Positions 27,557-38,067 of a stretch of DNA of 64,000 nt are shown here, in pieces. Origin of the DNA: Albidovulum sp. (GTDB lineage Bacteria; Pseudomonadota; Alphaproteobacteria; Rhodobacterales; Rhodobacteraceae). Each line of letters opens with the position of its first letter. The first letter of the stretch is position 1. The stretch is taken from assembly GCF_008933605.1 (NCBI RefSeq), contig NZ_WBUS01000001.1, positions 18,939 through 82,938 of the forward strand. The letters are read 5' to 3'. The notes under the pieces were generated by a model, which saw only the letters and a program-made list of their open reading frames with translations, was not told the DNA's origin and searched no databases. A program made the position numbers and the translations under genes.

Positions 27557-28714
27557 ATGGCGAAACGCGACTTTTATGAGGTTCTGGGCGTCTCCCGCGG
27601 GGCTTCCGCCGACGAGATCAAGAAGGCCTATCGCGGCAAGGCCAAGGAACTCCACCCCGACCGCAACAAGGACAATCCCGAGGCCGAGGCCCAGTTCAAG
27701 GAAGTGAACGAGGCCTATGAATGCCTGAAGGACGAGCAGAAGAAGGCGGCCTACGATCGCTTCGGCCACGCGGCCTTCGAGGGCGGCATGGGCGGTGGGC
27801 CGCGTGGCGGCGCCCGGGGTGGCTACGGCCAGGGCGATTTCGCGAGCGCGTTCTCGGACGTGTTCGAGGACCTTTTCGGAGATTTCATGGGCGGCCGCCC
27901 CGGTGGGGGTGGCGGGCGGTCGCGCGCGCAGCGTGGATCGGACCTGCGCTACAACCTTCGCGTGACGCTGGAAGAGGCCTACAAGGGCGTCCAGAAGTCG
28001 ATCAACGTGCCAACATCGGTCGCCTGCACGGCCTGCAACGGCACGGGCGCGGAAGGCGGCGCGGAACCGCAGACCTGTCCGACCTGTTCCGGCATGGGAA
28101 AGGTCAGGGCCAGCCAGGGCTTCTTCACGGTGGAACGCACCTGCCCGACCTGCGGCGGCGCCGGCCAGACGATCAAGAATCCCTGCAAGTCCTGCCACGG
28201 TGCCGGCCGGCTGGAGAAGGAGCGCCAACTCGCCGTGAACATCCCGGCGGGCGTGGAGACCGGCACCCGCATCCGGCTTGCCGGCGAGGGTGAGGCGGGG
28301 CTGCGTGGCGGGCCGGCGGGCGATCTCTACATCTTCATCGAGGTCCGCGAGCATGCGCTCTTCCAGCGCGACGGGGTGCACCTGTTCTGCCGCGTGCCTG
28401 TCGCGATGACGGTGGCCGCAATGGGCGGCGAGGTGGAGGTGCCGACGATTGACGGCGGCCGCAGCCGTGTGAAGGTGCCGGCGGGCACCCAGACCGGCAA
28501 GCAGATGCGGCTCAGGGGCAAGGGGATGCCCGCGCTCAGGGGCGGCGGGATCGGCGACATGCTGATCGAGGTCGCGGTGGAGACGCCGGTGAACCTGACG
28601 TCCAAGCAGCGGGAACTCCTCAAGGAGTTCGAGCGGCTGAGCGAGGACAACAACCCCGAAGGCTCCACCTTCTTCTCCAAGGTCCGCAACTTCTGGGACG
28701 GCATGAAGGGCTGA
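27557..28714 (+). CDS. dnaJ: molecular chaperone DnaJ
   Basis: Starts [12 protein letters not shown], with the HPD motif, a G/F-rich region and four CxxCxGxG zinc-finger repeats. Confidence 0.97.
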   Translation: MAKRDFYEVLGVSRGASADEIKKAYRGKAKELHPDRNKDNPEAEAQFKEVNEAYECLKDEQKKAAYDRFGHAAFEGGMGGGPRGGARGGYGQGDFASAFSDVFEDLFGDFMGGRPGGGGGRSRAQRGSDLRYNLRVTLEEAYKGVQKSINVPTSVACTACNGTGAEGGAEPQTCPTCSGMGKVRASQGFFTVERTCPTCGGAGQTIKNPCKSCHGAGRLEKERQLAVNIPAGVETGTRIRLAGEGEAGLRGGPAGDLYIFIEVREHALFQRDGVHLFCRVPVAMTVAAMGGEVEVPTIDGGRSRVKVPAGTQTGKQMRLRGKGMPALRGGGIGDMLIEVAVETPVNLTSKQRELLKEFERLSEDNNPEGSTFFSKVRNFWDGMKG

Positions 28715-28847
28715 GGGACGATCAGGCCGGCATGCCCGATCCGTCGCTCCGGTGGATCGATGGAGGTCCCGAACGCCCGAAGCGCAAGCGGCCTTGCGGG
28801 CCGGGGACGGTTGCGCCCGTCGGCGGCATCCTGCGCGACAACGGTCT

Positions 28848-28880
28848 GCGAAAGAAAACGCGCCCCTGTGGGGCGCGTCC
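28848..28880 (-). terminator. rho-independent terminator after petC
   Basis: Hairpin acgcgcccc-tgt-ggggcgcgt at 28858-28878. On the minus strand it is followed by a T-rich run (plus-strand gaaagaaa). A second perfect palindrome, gtctcggccgagac, lies at 28885-28898. Confidence 0.6.
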
Positions 28881-28906
28881 TGCAGTCTCGGCCGAGACCC
28901 TCGGTG

Positions 28907-29695
28907 TCAGGCGGTTTCCTTGCCCTTGATCGGCGCCCAGAGCCGCTTGTTGGTGAGGTAGAGAAGCACCGTCAGCAGACCGAGGAACAGCACCGCGACG
29001 AAGCCCGCGCGCTTGCGGTCCATCATCTTCGGTTCCGCCGCCCACATGAGGAAGGCGCTGACATCCTCGGCCATCTGGTCCACCGTCGCCGGCGTGCCGT
29101 CCGCGTAGGTCACGAGATCGTCGCTGAGCGGCGGGGGCATGGAGATCCAGCCGGTCGAGAAGGCGTGGTTCTCGTAGAAGGTCGCGCCCGCCTCGTCCTT
29201 GGTTTCCTCGGTGTAGCCGGTCAAGATTGCATGGATGTATTCCGGCCCGCCGATGCCGCGGAAGAACTGGTTGATGCCAAGCCCGTAGGGCCCGTGGAAT
29301 CCCGCCCTAGCCTTCGCCATCAGCGAGAGGTCCGGAGCGCCGGCATCGACGTTGTGCGGGAAGTTGTCGGTTTCCTTGCCTTCGCGGTCCTCGCCCGTCT
29401 CCTTGTCAGTGATGGTGAACTGCTTGGCATAGGCGCGGACCTGGTCTTCCGGCAGGTTCGGCCCGCCTTCGTCGGCGAGCGTCCGGATCGGGACATAGCG
29501 CAGCCCGTGGCAGGCCATGCAGACCTCGGTGTAGACCTGCAGGCCCCGCTGGAGCTGATGCTCGTCATAGGTGCCGAACGGCCCCTCGAACGAGAAGGCG
29601 ATGTCCTCGATATGGGGCGCCTCCGTTCCCGCGGCGAAGGCCGTACCCGTCAGCGCGAGGACGGAAGCGGCCGTGATTGCGATTCTCTTCAGCAT
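28907..29695 (-). CDS. petC: cytochrome c1 of the bc1 complex
   Basis: 262 aa with a signal peptide, the heme motif CMACH and a C-terminal membrane anchor. Confidence 0.93.
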   Translation of the reverse strand: MLKRIAITAASVLALTGTAFAAGTEAPHIEDIAFSFEGPFGTYDEHQLQRGLQVYTEVCMACHGLRYVPIRTLADEGGPNLPEDQVRAYAKQFTITDKETGEDREGKETDNFPHNVDAGAPDLSLMAKARAGFHGPYGLGINQFFRGIGGPEYIHAILTGYTEETKDEAGATFYENHAFSTGWISMPPPLSDDLVTYADGTPATVDQMAEDVSAFLMWAAEPKMMDRKRAGFVAVLFLGLLTVLLYLTNKRLWAPIKGKETA

Positions 29696-29713
29696 CTCGA
29701 TCGGTCCTTTCCG

Positions 29714-31036
29714 TTACTCGGCCGGATGGGTCTTGGCGCCGTAGTGGGCGTTGAAGTCGTCCTCGATCGTCGCGGGCGGCGTCGTCGGCTTCTCGATGAC
29801 GCCAAGGATCGGCAGGATCACCAGGAAGTAGGCGAACCAGTAGGCTGCACCGATCAGCGAGATGATCGAGTAGGGCGGCTCGGCCGGCATGGCGCCGCAC
29901 CACATCAGGACAACGAAGTCGATGATGAGGAGGTAGAACCACCAGCGGAACATCGGCCGGTACTTGCCCGAACGGACGTTCGACGTGTCGAGCCAGGGCA
30001 CCAGCGCCATGACGATGATCGCGCCGAACATCGCGATGACGCCGAAGAACTTGGCGTCCACGATGCCGAAGGTGACCCAGTTCGCCAGCATGACGATCCA
30101 GACGTCGGAGGTGAAGGCGCGCAGGATCGCGTAGAAGGGCAGGAAGTACCATTCCGGCACAATATGCGCGGGCGTCACCAGGGGGTTCGCCTCGGTATAG
30201 TTGTCGGGGTGGCCGAGGTAGTTCGGCATGAAGCCCACGATCGCGAAGAAGACGACGAGAACGACGCCGAGCGCGAAGAGGTCCTTGATCACGAAGTAGG
30301 GCCAGAACGGCAGGGTGTCGCGCTCCGCCTCGGTCTTCGAGCCGCGGCGCACTTCAACACCCGTCGGGTTATTGTTGCCGGTGGTGTGGAAGGCCCAGAT
30401 GTGCACAGCCACCAGCGCGGCGATCACGAAGGGCAGGAGGTAGTGCAGCGAGAAGAAGCGGTTCAGCGTGGGGTTGTCCACCGCCGGCCCGCCCAGCAGC
30501 CAGGTCTGGATCGGCTCGCCGATGCCGGGGATCGCGCCGAAGAGGCCGGTGATCACGGTGGCGCCCCAAAACGACATCTGGCCCCAGGGCAGGACATAGC
30601 CCATGAAGGCCGTGCCCATCATCGCCACGAAGATCACGATGCCGATGAGCCAGGTCACCTCGCGCGGGGACTTGTAGGAGCCGTAGAAGAGGCCGCGGAA
30701 CATGTGGATGTAGACGGCAAGGAAGAAGAGCGACGCTCCGTTCGCGTGGAGGTAGCGCAGAAGGTGGCCGCCGTTCACGTCACGCATGATGTGCTCGACC
30801 GAGGCGAAGGCCATGTCGACATGCGGCGTATAGTGCATCGCCAGAACGATGCCCGTTGCGAGCTGAAGCACGAGGCAGAAGGCGAGGACGATACCCCAGA
30901 TCCACCACCAGTTGAGGTTCTTCGGCGTCGGGATCATCAGCGTGTCATAGGCGAGCGAGACGATCGGCAGGCGGCGGTGAAGCCACTGTTCGAAGCCCGA
31001 CTTCGGCTCGTAATGGTCGTGCGGAATACCAGCCAT
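29714..31036 (-). CDS. petB: cytochrome b of the bc1 complex
   Basis: 440 aa from [26 protein letters not shown], with NLNWWWIWG and [14 protein letters not shown]. Confidence 0.95.
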   Translation of the reverse strand: MAGIPHDHYEPKSGFEQWLHRRLPIVSLAYDTLMIPTPKNLNWWWIWGIVLAFCLVLQLATGIVLAMHYTPHVDMAFASVEHIMRDVNGGHLLRYLHANGASLFFLAVYIHMFRGLFYGSYKSPREVTWLIGIVIFVAMMGTAFMGYVLPWGQMSFWGATVITGLFGAIPGIGEPIQTWLLGGPAVDNPTLNRFFSLHYLLPFVIAALVAVHIWAFHTTGNNNPTGVEVRRGSKTEAERDTLPFWPYFVIKDLFALGVVLVVFFAIVGFMPNYLGHPDNYTEANPLVTPAHIVPEWYFLPFYAILRAFTSDVWIVMLANWVTFGIVDAKFFGVIAMFGAIIVMALVPWLDTSNVRSGKYRPMFRWWFYLLIIDFVVLMWCGAMPAEPPYSIISLIGAAYWFAYFLVILPILGVIEKPTTPPATIEDDFNAHYGAKTHPAE

Positions 31037-31047
31037 GGTCAGTCCCC

Positions 31048-31611
31048 TCAGCCCAGCTTGATCGTGGTTTCGTCGGTGAAGGCCGCCACCGGAATGTCGA
31101 GGTTCCGCGGTGCGGGACCTTTGCGGATACGGCCGGAAGTATCGTAGTGGGACCCGTGGCAGGGGCAGAACCAGCCGCCGAAGTCGCCTGCGCCGTCGCC
31201 GAGGGGCACGCAGCCGAGATGGGTGCAGACGCCCATCATCACCAGCCATTCCCCGGCCTCGTCGAGCGTGCGGTTCGTGTCCGAGGCGTCGGCGTCCGCG
31301 GCGATGTTGGCGTTCTCGGCCAGGGGGTCGACCAACTCGGAGATCTGCACGGCGCGCGCGGCGTCGATCTCCTCCTGGCTGCGGCGGCGGATGAACACCG
31401 GCTTGCCGCGCCATTTCACGGTGAGCTGCGTTCCCACCTCGACGCCCGAGACATCGACGAAGATCGACGACAGCGCCTGAACGTCGGCCGAGGGGTTCAT
31501 TTGGTCGACCAGAGTCCAGACGGCGGCCCCGGTGGCAACGGTGCCGGCCCCGGCCGTCGCGTAGTAGAGGAAATCCCTCCGGCTGCCTGCGTGATCTTCT
31601 GCGTGGGACAC
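31048..31611 (-). CDS. petA: ubiquinol-cytochrome c reductase Rieske iron-sulfur subunit
   Basis: GTG start giving (M)[20 protein letters not shown] (TAT-like), preceded by GGGAGAAAGG. CTHLGC and CPCHGS form the 2Fe-2S motifs. Confidence 0.93.
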   Translation of the reverse strand: MSHAEDHAGSRRDFLYYATAGAGTVATGAAVWTLVDQMNPSADVQALSSIFVDVSGVEVGTQLTVKWRGKPVFIRRRSQEEIDAARAVQISELVDPLAENANIAADADASDTNRTLDEAGEWLVMMGVCTHLGCVPLGDGAGDFGGWFCPCHGSHYDTSGRIRKGPAPRNLDIPVAAFTDETTIKLG

Positions 31612-31768
31612 GTACCTTTCTCCCTTTCTCTGGCCGAAGGACGGCCTGCGAAAACGGGGCCGCGGTCGCCCGCAGCCTTCAGACGCGGTTATTAGCCGCC
31701 AATGGCGGGGTCGTCCAGCGGGCAAACGGGCGCATCGGGGCTTGGCCGGGTACTGTGTCGTCGCCGCG

Positions 31769-32407
31769 TCAGGCGGCGAGGCCGCCTGCGAGCTTTGCCG
31801 CGAAGGCGATGAAGAAGAGGCCCACCGCCGCCGAGATCGCGGGGGCGAGGCGTGCCCAGAGGCGGGCGGCAGGGGCGGTCGAAAAGGCGAGCGCGTAGAC
31901 CGCGTGGATCGAGAAGGCGAGCGTGGCCGCGCCGAGGCCGAGAAGGGCGATGTCGCCGGCGCGGGCTTCTGCCACCGGGAACAGCGACAGGATCACGACC
32001 CAGGTCGTCAGTGCCTTGGGGTTCGTCGCGTTGACCGCGAGCGAGCGGAGGAAGGACGCCCGCGCGGCTAGTCCCGCACGCGCGTTCACGCGATCCGCTC
32101 CATGGCGCCAGCCGGCCCAGGCCGTGCGCAGGTACCGGCTCGCGAACCACAGGAGGAGGCCGATGGCGAGGACCGTCAGCGCGGTCCGCGCGACGGGGAG
32201 GGTCTGAAACAGAGCAGCCAGGCCCAGCGTCATCGCAAGGCACCACATCCCGATGCCCAGCGCCACGCCGGCCGCGGAGGCAAGTCCGGCGCGGCGGCCC
32301 GACCCCATGGCCGAAGCGATCGTGTTGAGCACGTTCGGCCCCGGTGAGGCGATGTTCATGGCGAGGAACGCCCAGACGGTGAGGAAGGGCGCGAGCGTCA
32401 GCGTCAT
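31769..32407 (-). CDS. LysE-family amino-acid translocator
   Basis: 212 aa from [27 protein letters not shown]. Start at ATG 32405-32407. Confidence 0.8.
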   Translation of the reverse strand: MTLTLAPFLTVWAFLAMNIASPGPNVLNTIASAMGSGRRAGLASAAGVALGIGMWCLAMTLGLAALFQTLPVARTALTVLAIGLLLWFASRYLRTAWAGWRHGADRVNARAGLAARASFLRSLAVNATNPKALTTWVVILSLFPVAEARAGDIALLGLGAATLAFSIHAVYALAFSTAPAARLWARLAPAISAAVGLFFIAFAAKLAGGLAA

Positions 32408-32408
32408 T

Positions 32409-33017
32409 TCATCCCTGCGGCACGGTCGCCGCCATGCTCTCGCGTGCGGCAATCCGCTCGTGCCAGGCGGCGAGGCGGGGACGGCCCTGGCGCCAGTCGC
32501 GCGCGGCGTGGCGGAAGTCGAGATAGGAAAGCGCGCAGCCGAGTGCGATCTGGCCCATGTCGAGTGGTCCGGAGAGGTGGTCCTGCCACCGTGTCTCCAG
32601 CAGGTCGAGTGCACGGGCAATCTTGGCCCACTGGCCTTCCACCCAAGGGGCGAAGCGGATCTCCGCGGGTCTGAGGCGCCCCTCGTAGACCATCAGGAGG
32701 GCCGCTTCGAGGATGCCGTCCGCCGTCGCCTCCAGCGTCAGGGTGCGCCAGAGGCGGGGCGCTTCCGGATAGAGACCCGCCCGGGCGCGGTCGTCGAGGT
32801 AGCGGCAGATGACCCGGCTGTCGTAAAGCGCACTGCCATCGTCAAGCACCAGCGCCGGGATCTTTCCCAGCGGGTTCACCTCGAGCGGCTGGGTGCCTGG
32901 GTCGAGCGGCGTACCGGAGGCGGGGACCACCTCCACCTCGCCGACCTGCCCGGTCTCGAGGAGCAGGACCATCACCTTGCGCCCGTAGGGCGTCGTCGGG
33001 GAGTGATAGAGCCGCAT
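32409..33017 (-). CDS. glutathione S-transferase family protein
   Basis: 202 aa starting MRLYHSPTTPYGRKV, with NPLGKIPALVLDDGSALYDSRVI. Confidence 0.85.
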   Translation of the reverse strand: MRLYHSPTTPYGRKVMVLLLETGQVGEVEVVPASGTPLDPGTQPLEVNPLGKIPALVLDDGSALYDSRVICRYLDDRARAGLYPEAPRLWRTLTLEATADGILEAALLMVYEGRLRPAEIRFAPWVEGQWAKIARALDLLETRWQDHLSGPLDMGQIALGCALSYLDFRHAARDWRQGRPRLAAWHERIAARESMAATVPQG

Positions 33018-33023
33018 CGGCCG

Positions 33024-33302
33024 TCAAACCTTGCGGATGCGCAGGCGGCCGAGGGCGGCGACGTCGATCTCGATTGCGGTCTCGCCGAAGCGGAACACCC
33101 GGCGGAACCGGGCGGCCGTGCTGGTCTGGCCGCGATCTGGCGGACGATGAACGGCGAGTCCCTCGTCCACGTCATCGAGCGCATCCTCGGCCCGCTGGTC
33201 GATGCGGCCGGGGCGCAGGGCGCGTTTCACCCCGTAGGCCACGAGAGCGACCGCGCCGTAGCGGATGGCGACGCCGGCAAGCGGGGCGAGGGGAAGCGGC
33301 AT
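33024..33302 (-). CDS. small hypothetical protein with one N-terminal hydrophobic helix
   Basis: 92 aa from MPLPLAPLAGVAIRYGAVALVAYGV. The ATG at 33300-33302 is preceded by CTGGAGGG. No family recognised. Confidence 0.5.
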   Translation of the reverse strand: MPLPLAPLAGVAIRYGAVALVAYGVKRALRPGRIDQRAEDALDDVDEGLAVHRPPDRGQTSTAARFRRVFRFGETAIEIDVAALGRLRIRKV

Positions 33303-33398
33303 GGAACCCTCCAGTGCGAAGACGCGACGGATGCTAGGCGCGGGGCGGAAGCCTGTCCATTCAAGTTTCGTCATGGCGCGCGGACCGCCCACACCGGC

Positions 33399-34184
33399 TC
33401 AGTCGGGCTTCCGGCCCTTGAGATGCGTCGGGCAGTGTTCACCCGAATCGAGCACCGGGATCATCCGGCTCCAGATGCCGATATTCTCCTCCACGAAGGC
33501 CTGGCCGACGATCTTCGCCGCCGCCGCGCCGACCGGGCCCTTCAGCCGATCGAGTTCGGTGCGGGCCTGCTGCCGGTACCAGGCGTTGCGGCTGACGACC
33601 TCGATCTCCTCGAACCCCGCCAGCTTCATCGCCGCGCGGTAGCGGCCGGGGGAAGCCATGCCGAAGTCGAGCCCCTCGGCCGCGATATAGGCGGCCATCT
33701 CAGGCGAGGGCGGGCCGTCCACGCCGATGAGCCAGTCGGAGGCGACGAAGCGGCCGCCCGGTTTCAGGACGCGGAAGACCTCGGCCATCAGGGCGGCCTT
33801 GTCCGGGATGTGGACGATGGAGTCCTTTGAAAAGACGATGTCGAAGCTCGCGGGCGGGAACGGCAGCGGACCCGGCGCGACCTTGAGGCAGCCGATCCGT
33901 TGCCCGAGCCCCTCGCGCGCGATCAGCGCCCGGGCGTGGGAGAGCACGGTATCTTCCACGTCGATGCCGCAGACGTAGCCGGCACCGTGGTTCTTCACGA
34001 GCGCAAGGTCGATCCCGCCCGCGCCGCAGCCGATGTCCAGCACGGACTTGCCCGCGAAGTCGGTGCCGGCGACGAGACGGGCGACTTCTTCCGGCCCTCC
34101 GGGCGAAAGGAAGCCTTCGCCCCAGATCGCCTCCAGCATCCCGATCATCTGCTTATGGTAGTGCTCGCCGGCGACTGGTTCCAT
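33399..34184 (-). CDS. class I SAM-dependent methyltransferase
   Basis: 261 aa. VLDIGCGAGGIDLAL is motif I, with LKPGGRFVASDW downstream. Confidence 0.85.
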   Translation of the reverse strand: MEPVAGEHYHKQMIGMLEAIWGEGFLSPGGPEEVARLVAGTDFAGKSVLDIGCGAGGIDLALVKNHGAGYVCGIDVEDTVLSHARALIAREGLGQRIGCLKVAPGPLPFPPASFDIVFSKDSIVHIPDKAALMAEVFRVLKPGGRFVASDWLIGVDGPPSPEMAAYIAAEGLDFGMASPGRYRAAMKLAGFEEIEVVSRNAWYRQQARTELDRLKGPVGAAAAKIVGQAFVEENIGIWSRMIPVLDSGEHCPTHLKGRKPD

Positions 34185-34187
34185 CGT

Positions 34188-35063
34188 TCAACCTTCGATC
34201 CGCAAGGCTTCGAGTTTCGCCCAGTCACCGGCCGGGATCACATGAGCGGGCTGTCTGGTATCCCTCGTCCAGCCGAAGACGCAGAGGAAGGGGGTGGGAC
34301 CCACCTTTGTCAGATGCGGCGCTTCGGGAAGGTTCCATACCGGCTCGTGCGGCCCCTTCACGATCAGCGGGGAGCCGGGGCCGAAACGCCAGCCGTGCGG
34401 GCCGGTCAGCGGGGCGTAGAGTTCCGGCGCCGGGTGGGCATGGTCGCGGTAGAGCACATGCGGCGCAATGAGGAAGAGGCCAAGGTCGAAGTCCTCGGCC
34501 GGGATAGCCGCGCCCTCGCCGACGAGCGAGGCGAAGGCATGCCCTTGCCGGAAGGATGGCCCGATCTGCTCGGGCGGGTAGGAGTCGTATGTGACCCAAG
34601 GGAGATACGGCGCGCCGGCACGGATCGCGGCCGCCAGTGCCGGGTGGGTCTGCGCGAGGGCGGCCAGTGCCGGGGGAAGGTGTTCGCCGACGACCACATT
34701 TGCCGCCGACGCTGGGGTGACAGGCCCGTCACGCCAACGCGCAATCAGGCTCCGCACCTCGGCCACGCCGGGGCCGGGCAGGGTGGCGAGGTAACGGTCG
34801 ATTTCCTCGACGAGAAGCCGGATCGCGAGATCCGGGGTGTCGGGCGGCGGCAGGTCCAGGGTGAGACCCCTTGCGGCGAGGAGACCGGCCGGATCCTCCC
34901 AGTCCTGCGGCGAGCAGGTGCGGTAGACCTCCAGCACTTCGGGCGCGATCAGTCCCTTGCGGTGGAAATGCATCGCGGCCGCGTAGCGCAGCCGCCCGGA
35001 GCCCGGCTGGCCGAGGGCCGCATGAAGGTCTGCCCTCGCGCGGAGATCGTCCACCCTGGTCAT
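34188..35063 (-). CDS. cupin protein of the DMSP-lyase (DddL-like) family, function uncertain
   Basis: 291 aa. The C-terminal YRDHAHPAPELYAPLTG matches the YxxHxHxAxExY cupin motif of DMSP-lyase-family proteins. Its start overlaps the upstream permease stop by 4 nt. Confidence 0.55.
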   Translation of the reverse strand: MTRVDDLRARADLHAALGQPGSGRLRYAAAMHFHRKGLIAPEVLEVYRTCSPQDWEDPAGLLAARGLTLDLPPPDTPDLAIRLLVEEIDRYLATLPGPGVAEVRSLIARWRDGPVTPASAANVVVGEHLPPALAALAQTHPALAAAIRAGAPYLPWVTYDSYPPEQIGPSFRQGHAFASLVGEGAAIPAEDFDLGLFLIAPHVLYRDHAHPAPELYAPLTGPHGWRFGPGSPLIVKGPHEPVWNLPEAPHLTKVGPTPFLCVFGWTRDTRQPAHVIPAGDWAKLEALRIEG

Positions 35064-35899
35064 TGGTTGGCCTGATAGGCCATCCGGGCATCGCGGTCGC
35101 GCCGCTTCTCGGCCCGGTTCAGGATGACGCCGGCGATGGCCACGCCGGTGCCGACGATGCAGACGGTGATCGTCGCCAGCGCGTTGATGTCGGGCGTGAC
35201 ACCAAGCTTCACCTTCGACCAGATCAGGATGGGCAGCGTCGTGGTGCCGGGGCCGGTGGTGAAGTTGGTGATCACCACGTCATCAAGCGAGATCGTGAAG
35301 GCCAGGAGCCAGCCCGAAACGATGGCGGGCGAGATGATCGGCAGGGTGATGTCCTTCATCACTTGCCAGGGGCGCGACCCGAGGTCCATCGCCGCCTCCT
35401 CCACCGCCGCATCGGCTTCGGAGAGGCGCGAATGGACGATGGTGGTGACGAAGACCATCGAGAAGGTGATGTGGGCAAGCGTGACGGTGGTGAAGCCCCG
35501 GCTCGCCGGCCAGCCGATCCATTCCGCCATCAGGATGAAGAGCATCAGCGAGGCGATGCCGGTGATCACCTCCGGCATGACGAGGGGGGCGGTGACGAGG
35601 CCGGAGAAGAGCGTCCGGCCCCGGAACCGCTTGAACCGGGCGAGCGCGATCCCCGCCATCGTGCCGAGGATCGTCGCCATCGTCGCGCTGAGAAGCGCGA
35701 TCTTCAGCGACAGGAGCGCGGCGTTCAGGATCTGCCGGTTCGAGAGGAGCGAGACATACCACTTGGTCGAGAAGCCGCCCCAGACGGTGGCGAGCCGCGA
35801 GCCGTTGAAGGAATAGACCATCATCGACAGGATCGGCACGTAGAAGAAGGCGAAGCCGAAGCAGAGCATGGTCACGAGGAAGGTGGAGCGGCGGCGCAT
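35060..35899 (-). CDS. polyamine-type ABC transporter permease (PotC/PotI-like)
   Basis: 279 aa, multi-helix, with an EAA-like loop (EAAMDLGSRPWQV). Confidence 0.85.
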   Translation of the reverse strand: MRRRSTFLVTMLCFGFAFFYVPILSMMVYSFNGSRLATVWGGFSTKWYVSLLSNRQILNAALLSLKIALLSATMATILGTMAGIALARFKRFRGRTLFSGLVTAPLVMPEVITGIASLMLFILMAEWIGWPASRGFTTVTLAHITFSMVFVTTIVHSRLSEADAAVEEAAMDLGSRPWQVMKDITLPIISPAIVSGWLLAFTISLDDVVITNFTTGPGTTTLPILIWSKVKLGVTPDINALATITVCIVGTGVAIAGVILNRAEKRRDRDARMAYQANQ

Positions 35900-36837
35900 C
35901 AGGCCCCCTCCTTCCGTTTTTCGTGCGATTTCCCTTCGAAGTGCGTGTAGAGCATGATCGGCACCACGAGCAGCATGAGAAGCGCAACCGAGACCGCCGA
36001 GGCCATCGGCCAGTCGCGGGCCGAGGCGAATTCGTCCGAGATCACCCGCCCGATCATCGGCTGGCCCGCATTGCCGACGAGCGAGGGGATGATGAGTTCC
36101 CCCGAGGCGGGAATGAAGACGAGAAGCCCGCCCGCAATGATGCCCGGCACCGAGAGCGGCAGGGTGATGTCAAGGAAGACCCGGAAGGGCCGCGAGCCGA
36201 GGTCCATCGAGGCCTCGTCCAGCGTCCGGTCGAGCTTTTCGAGGTTGGCATAGAGCGGCAGGATCATGAAGGGCAGATAGGAATAGACCATGACGAGCAC
36301 GACGGCGAAGTTCGTGTTCATCATCGGGATCGACCTCAGCGCCCAGTCGGTCGGAACCAGCCAGTTCCACGAGGCCGTCAGGAGCTTGTTGAACCAGCTG
36401 TTCGTTCCCATCAGCCCGATCCAGGCGTAGACGCGCAGGAGGAACGAGGTCCAGAACGGCAGGATCACGAGCATCAGCAGGATGTTTCGCCAGGCGGGCG
36501 AGACACGCGTCAGGCCGAGCGCCATCGGATAGCCGATGAGCAGGCACAGCAAGGTGGCAAGGCCCGCGTTCGCAATCGAGGTCAGGTAGGCGCGAATATA
36601 GAGGTCATCCTGAAAGAGCCGCGCATAGTGGGCGGTGTTGAGCACCGGGTGTTCGCCGCCGAAGGAGAAGGGCGGGGCCGTCGGCGTCCGCGTGGCGAAG
36701 CTCATCGCGATGACGATGACGAAGGGCAGGAGGAAGAAGAGCACGAGCCAGACGTAGGGCGCAGCGATGGTGACGTTGATCCAGCCCTTGCGGTTGAACC
36801 AGCGCTGCAAGGAGGTGTCGGTGTGGGCGCCGGCCAT
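35899..36837 (-). CDS. polyamine-type ABC transporter permease (PotB/PotH-like)
   Basis: 312 aa with EASMDLGSRPFRVF. 1-nt overlap with the next permease gene. Confidence 0.85.
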   Translation of the reverse strand: MAGAHTDTSLQRWFNRKGWINVTIAAPYVWLVLFFLLPFVIVIAMSFATRTPTAPPFSFGGEHPVLNTAHYARLFQDDLYIRAYLTSIANAGLATLLCLLIGYPMALGLTRVSPAWRNILLMLVILPFWTSFLLRVYAWIGLMGTNSWFNKLLTASWNWLVPTDWALRSIPMMNTNFAVVLVMVYSYLPFMILPLYANLEKLDRTLDEASMDLGSRPFRVFLDITLPLSVPGIIAGGLLVFIPASGELIIPSLVGNAGQPMIGRVISDEFASARDWPMASAVSVALLMLLVVPIMLYTHFEGKSHEKRKEGA

Positions 36838-36840
36838 GCC

Positions 36841-38022
36841 TCAGTCCTTCAGCAGGATCGCGGCGGCGGGATCGAACGACAGGAAGACCGCGTCCTCCCA
36901 GTCCGCCACCCTCTCGTGCTCGCCTGCCCTGCGTGCATTGACGGAATTGACGAGCATGACATGGCCCGAGGGCAGGACGATCCGGTAGAGACTATCCTTG
37001 CCGAAATAGGCCAGGCTCTGCACCGTGCCGGGAAAGGTGTTGGGCAGATCGTGCCGCTTCCGGGCGAGGTGGACCTTCTCCGGCCGCACGGCAAGGGTGA
37101 TCGGCTGGCCGGGAGCCAGGCCCGGAATCGCACGGGCGGTGACGTTGCCGCCAAGGTCGGGCACCTCGACCTCGGCCGTCTCTGCGCCCGTGGTCCGCAC
37201 CGTTGCCTCGAAGAAGTTGATCGAGCCGATGAACCCCGCCACGAAGCGCGAGTTCGGGTATTCGTAGACGTCGGTCGCGGTGCCGATCTGCATGATCCGG
37301 CCCTTGTCCATCACCGCGAGGCGGGAGGAGAGGGTCATCGCCTCTTCCTGGTCATGGGTGACGACGATGAAGGTGGTGCCGGTCTTTTCCTGAATCTCCA
37401 TCAGCTCGAACTGGGTGTGCTCGCGAAGCTTCTTGTCGAGCGCGGCGAGCGGTTCGTCGAGGAGGAGAAGCTTGGGCTGCTTGGCAAGTGCGCGGGCCAG
37501 CGCCACGCGTTGCCGCTGCCCGCCCGAGATCTGGTGCGGCTTGCGCTGTGCGAACTCGGTCAGCTGCACGAGATCGAGCATCTCGCGCACCCTCTCGGCG
37601 CGCTGGGCCCCGGTCATGTCCTCGTGCTTCAGCCCGTAGGCCACGTTCTTCTCCACCGTCATGTGCGGGAAGAGCGCGTAGGACTGGAACATCATGTTCA
37701 CCGGCCGCTCGTAGGGCGGCAGGTCGGTCATGTCCTGTCCGTCGATGAAGACGCGGCCCTCCGTCGGCGCCTCGAACCCGGCGAGTACCCGCAGCAGCGT
37801 GGTCTTGCCGCAGCCGGAACCGCCAAGGAGCGAGAATATCTCGCCCTTCTGGATCTCCAGCGTCACGTCGGATACGGCGGTGAAGGTGCCGAACCGCTTG
37901 GTGACATGCTCGATGCGGATGAACGGCGGCGCCTTCACCGAGGTCTGCGGCAGCTGGGCGCCGGGAAAGGCCGCCACCGTGGTGGCGGCCCGCTGGTCGG
38001 CTGTTCGGGCAGGTTCGGGCAA
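36841..38022 (-). CDS. polyamine-type ABC transporter ATP-binding protein (PotA/PotG-like)
   Basis: Walker A GGSGCGKTT, signature ISGGQRQR, Walker B LLLDEPL. The TTG start at 38022 is uncertain. Confidence 0.88.
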   Translation of the reverse strand: MPEPARTADQRAATTVAAFPGAQLPQTSVKAPPFIRIEHVTKRFGTFTAVSDVTLEIQKGEIFSLLGGSGCGKTTLLRVLAGFEAPTEGRVFIDGQDMTDLPPYERPVNMMFQSYALFPHMTVEKNVAYGLKHEDMTGAQRAERVREMLDLVQLTEFAQRKPHQISGGQRQRVALARALAKQPKLLLLDEPLAALDKKLREHTQFELMEIQEKTGTTFIVVTHDQEEAMTLSSRLAVMDKGRIMQIGTATDVYEYPNSRFVAGFIGSINFFEATVRTTGAETAEVEVPDLGGNVTARAIPGLAPGQPITLAVRPEKVHLARKRHDLPNTFPGTVQSLAYFGKDSLYRIVLPSGHVMLVNSVNARRAGEHERVADWEDAVFLSFDPAAAILLKD

Positions 38023-38067
38023 GGTCAGTCTCTCCGGTTCAGGTATCGCGCGAACGGAGGCCCGTTC

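Noticed and set aside
28760-31147. 795-aa plus-strand ORF opposite petC and petB
   Set aside because: It is antisense to the cytochrome c1 and b genes, with the same high-GC shadow-frame composition.
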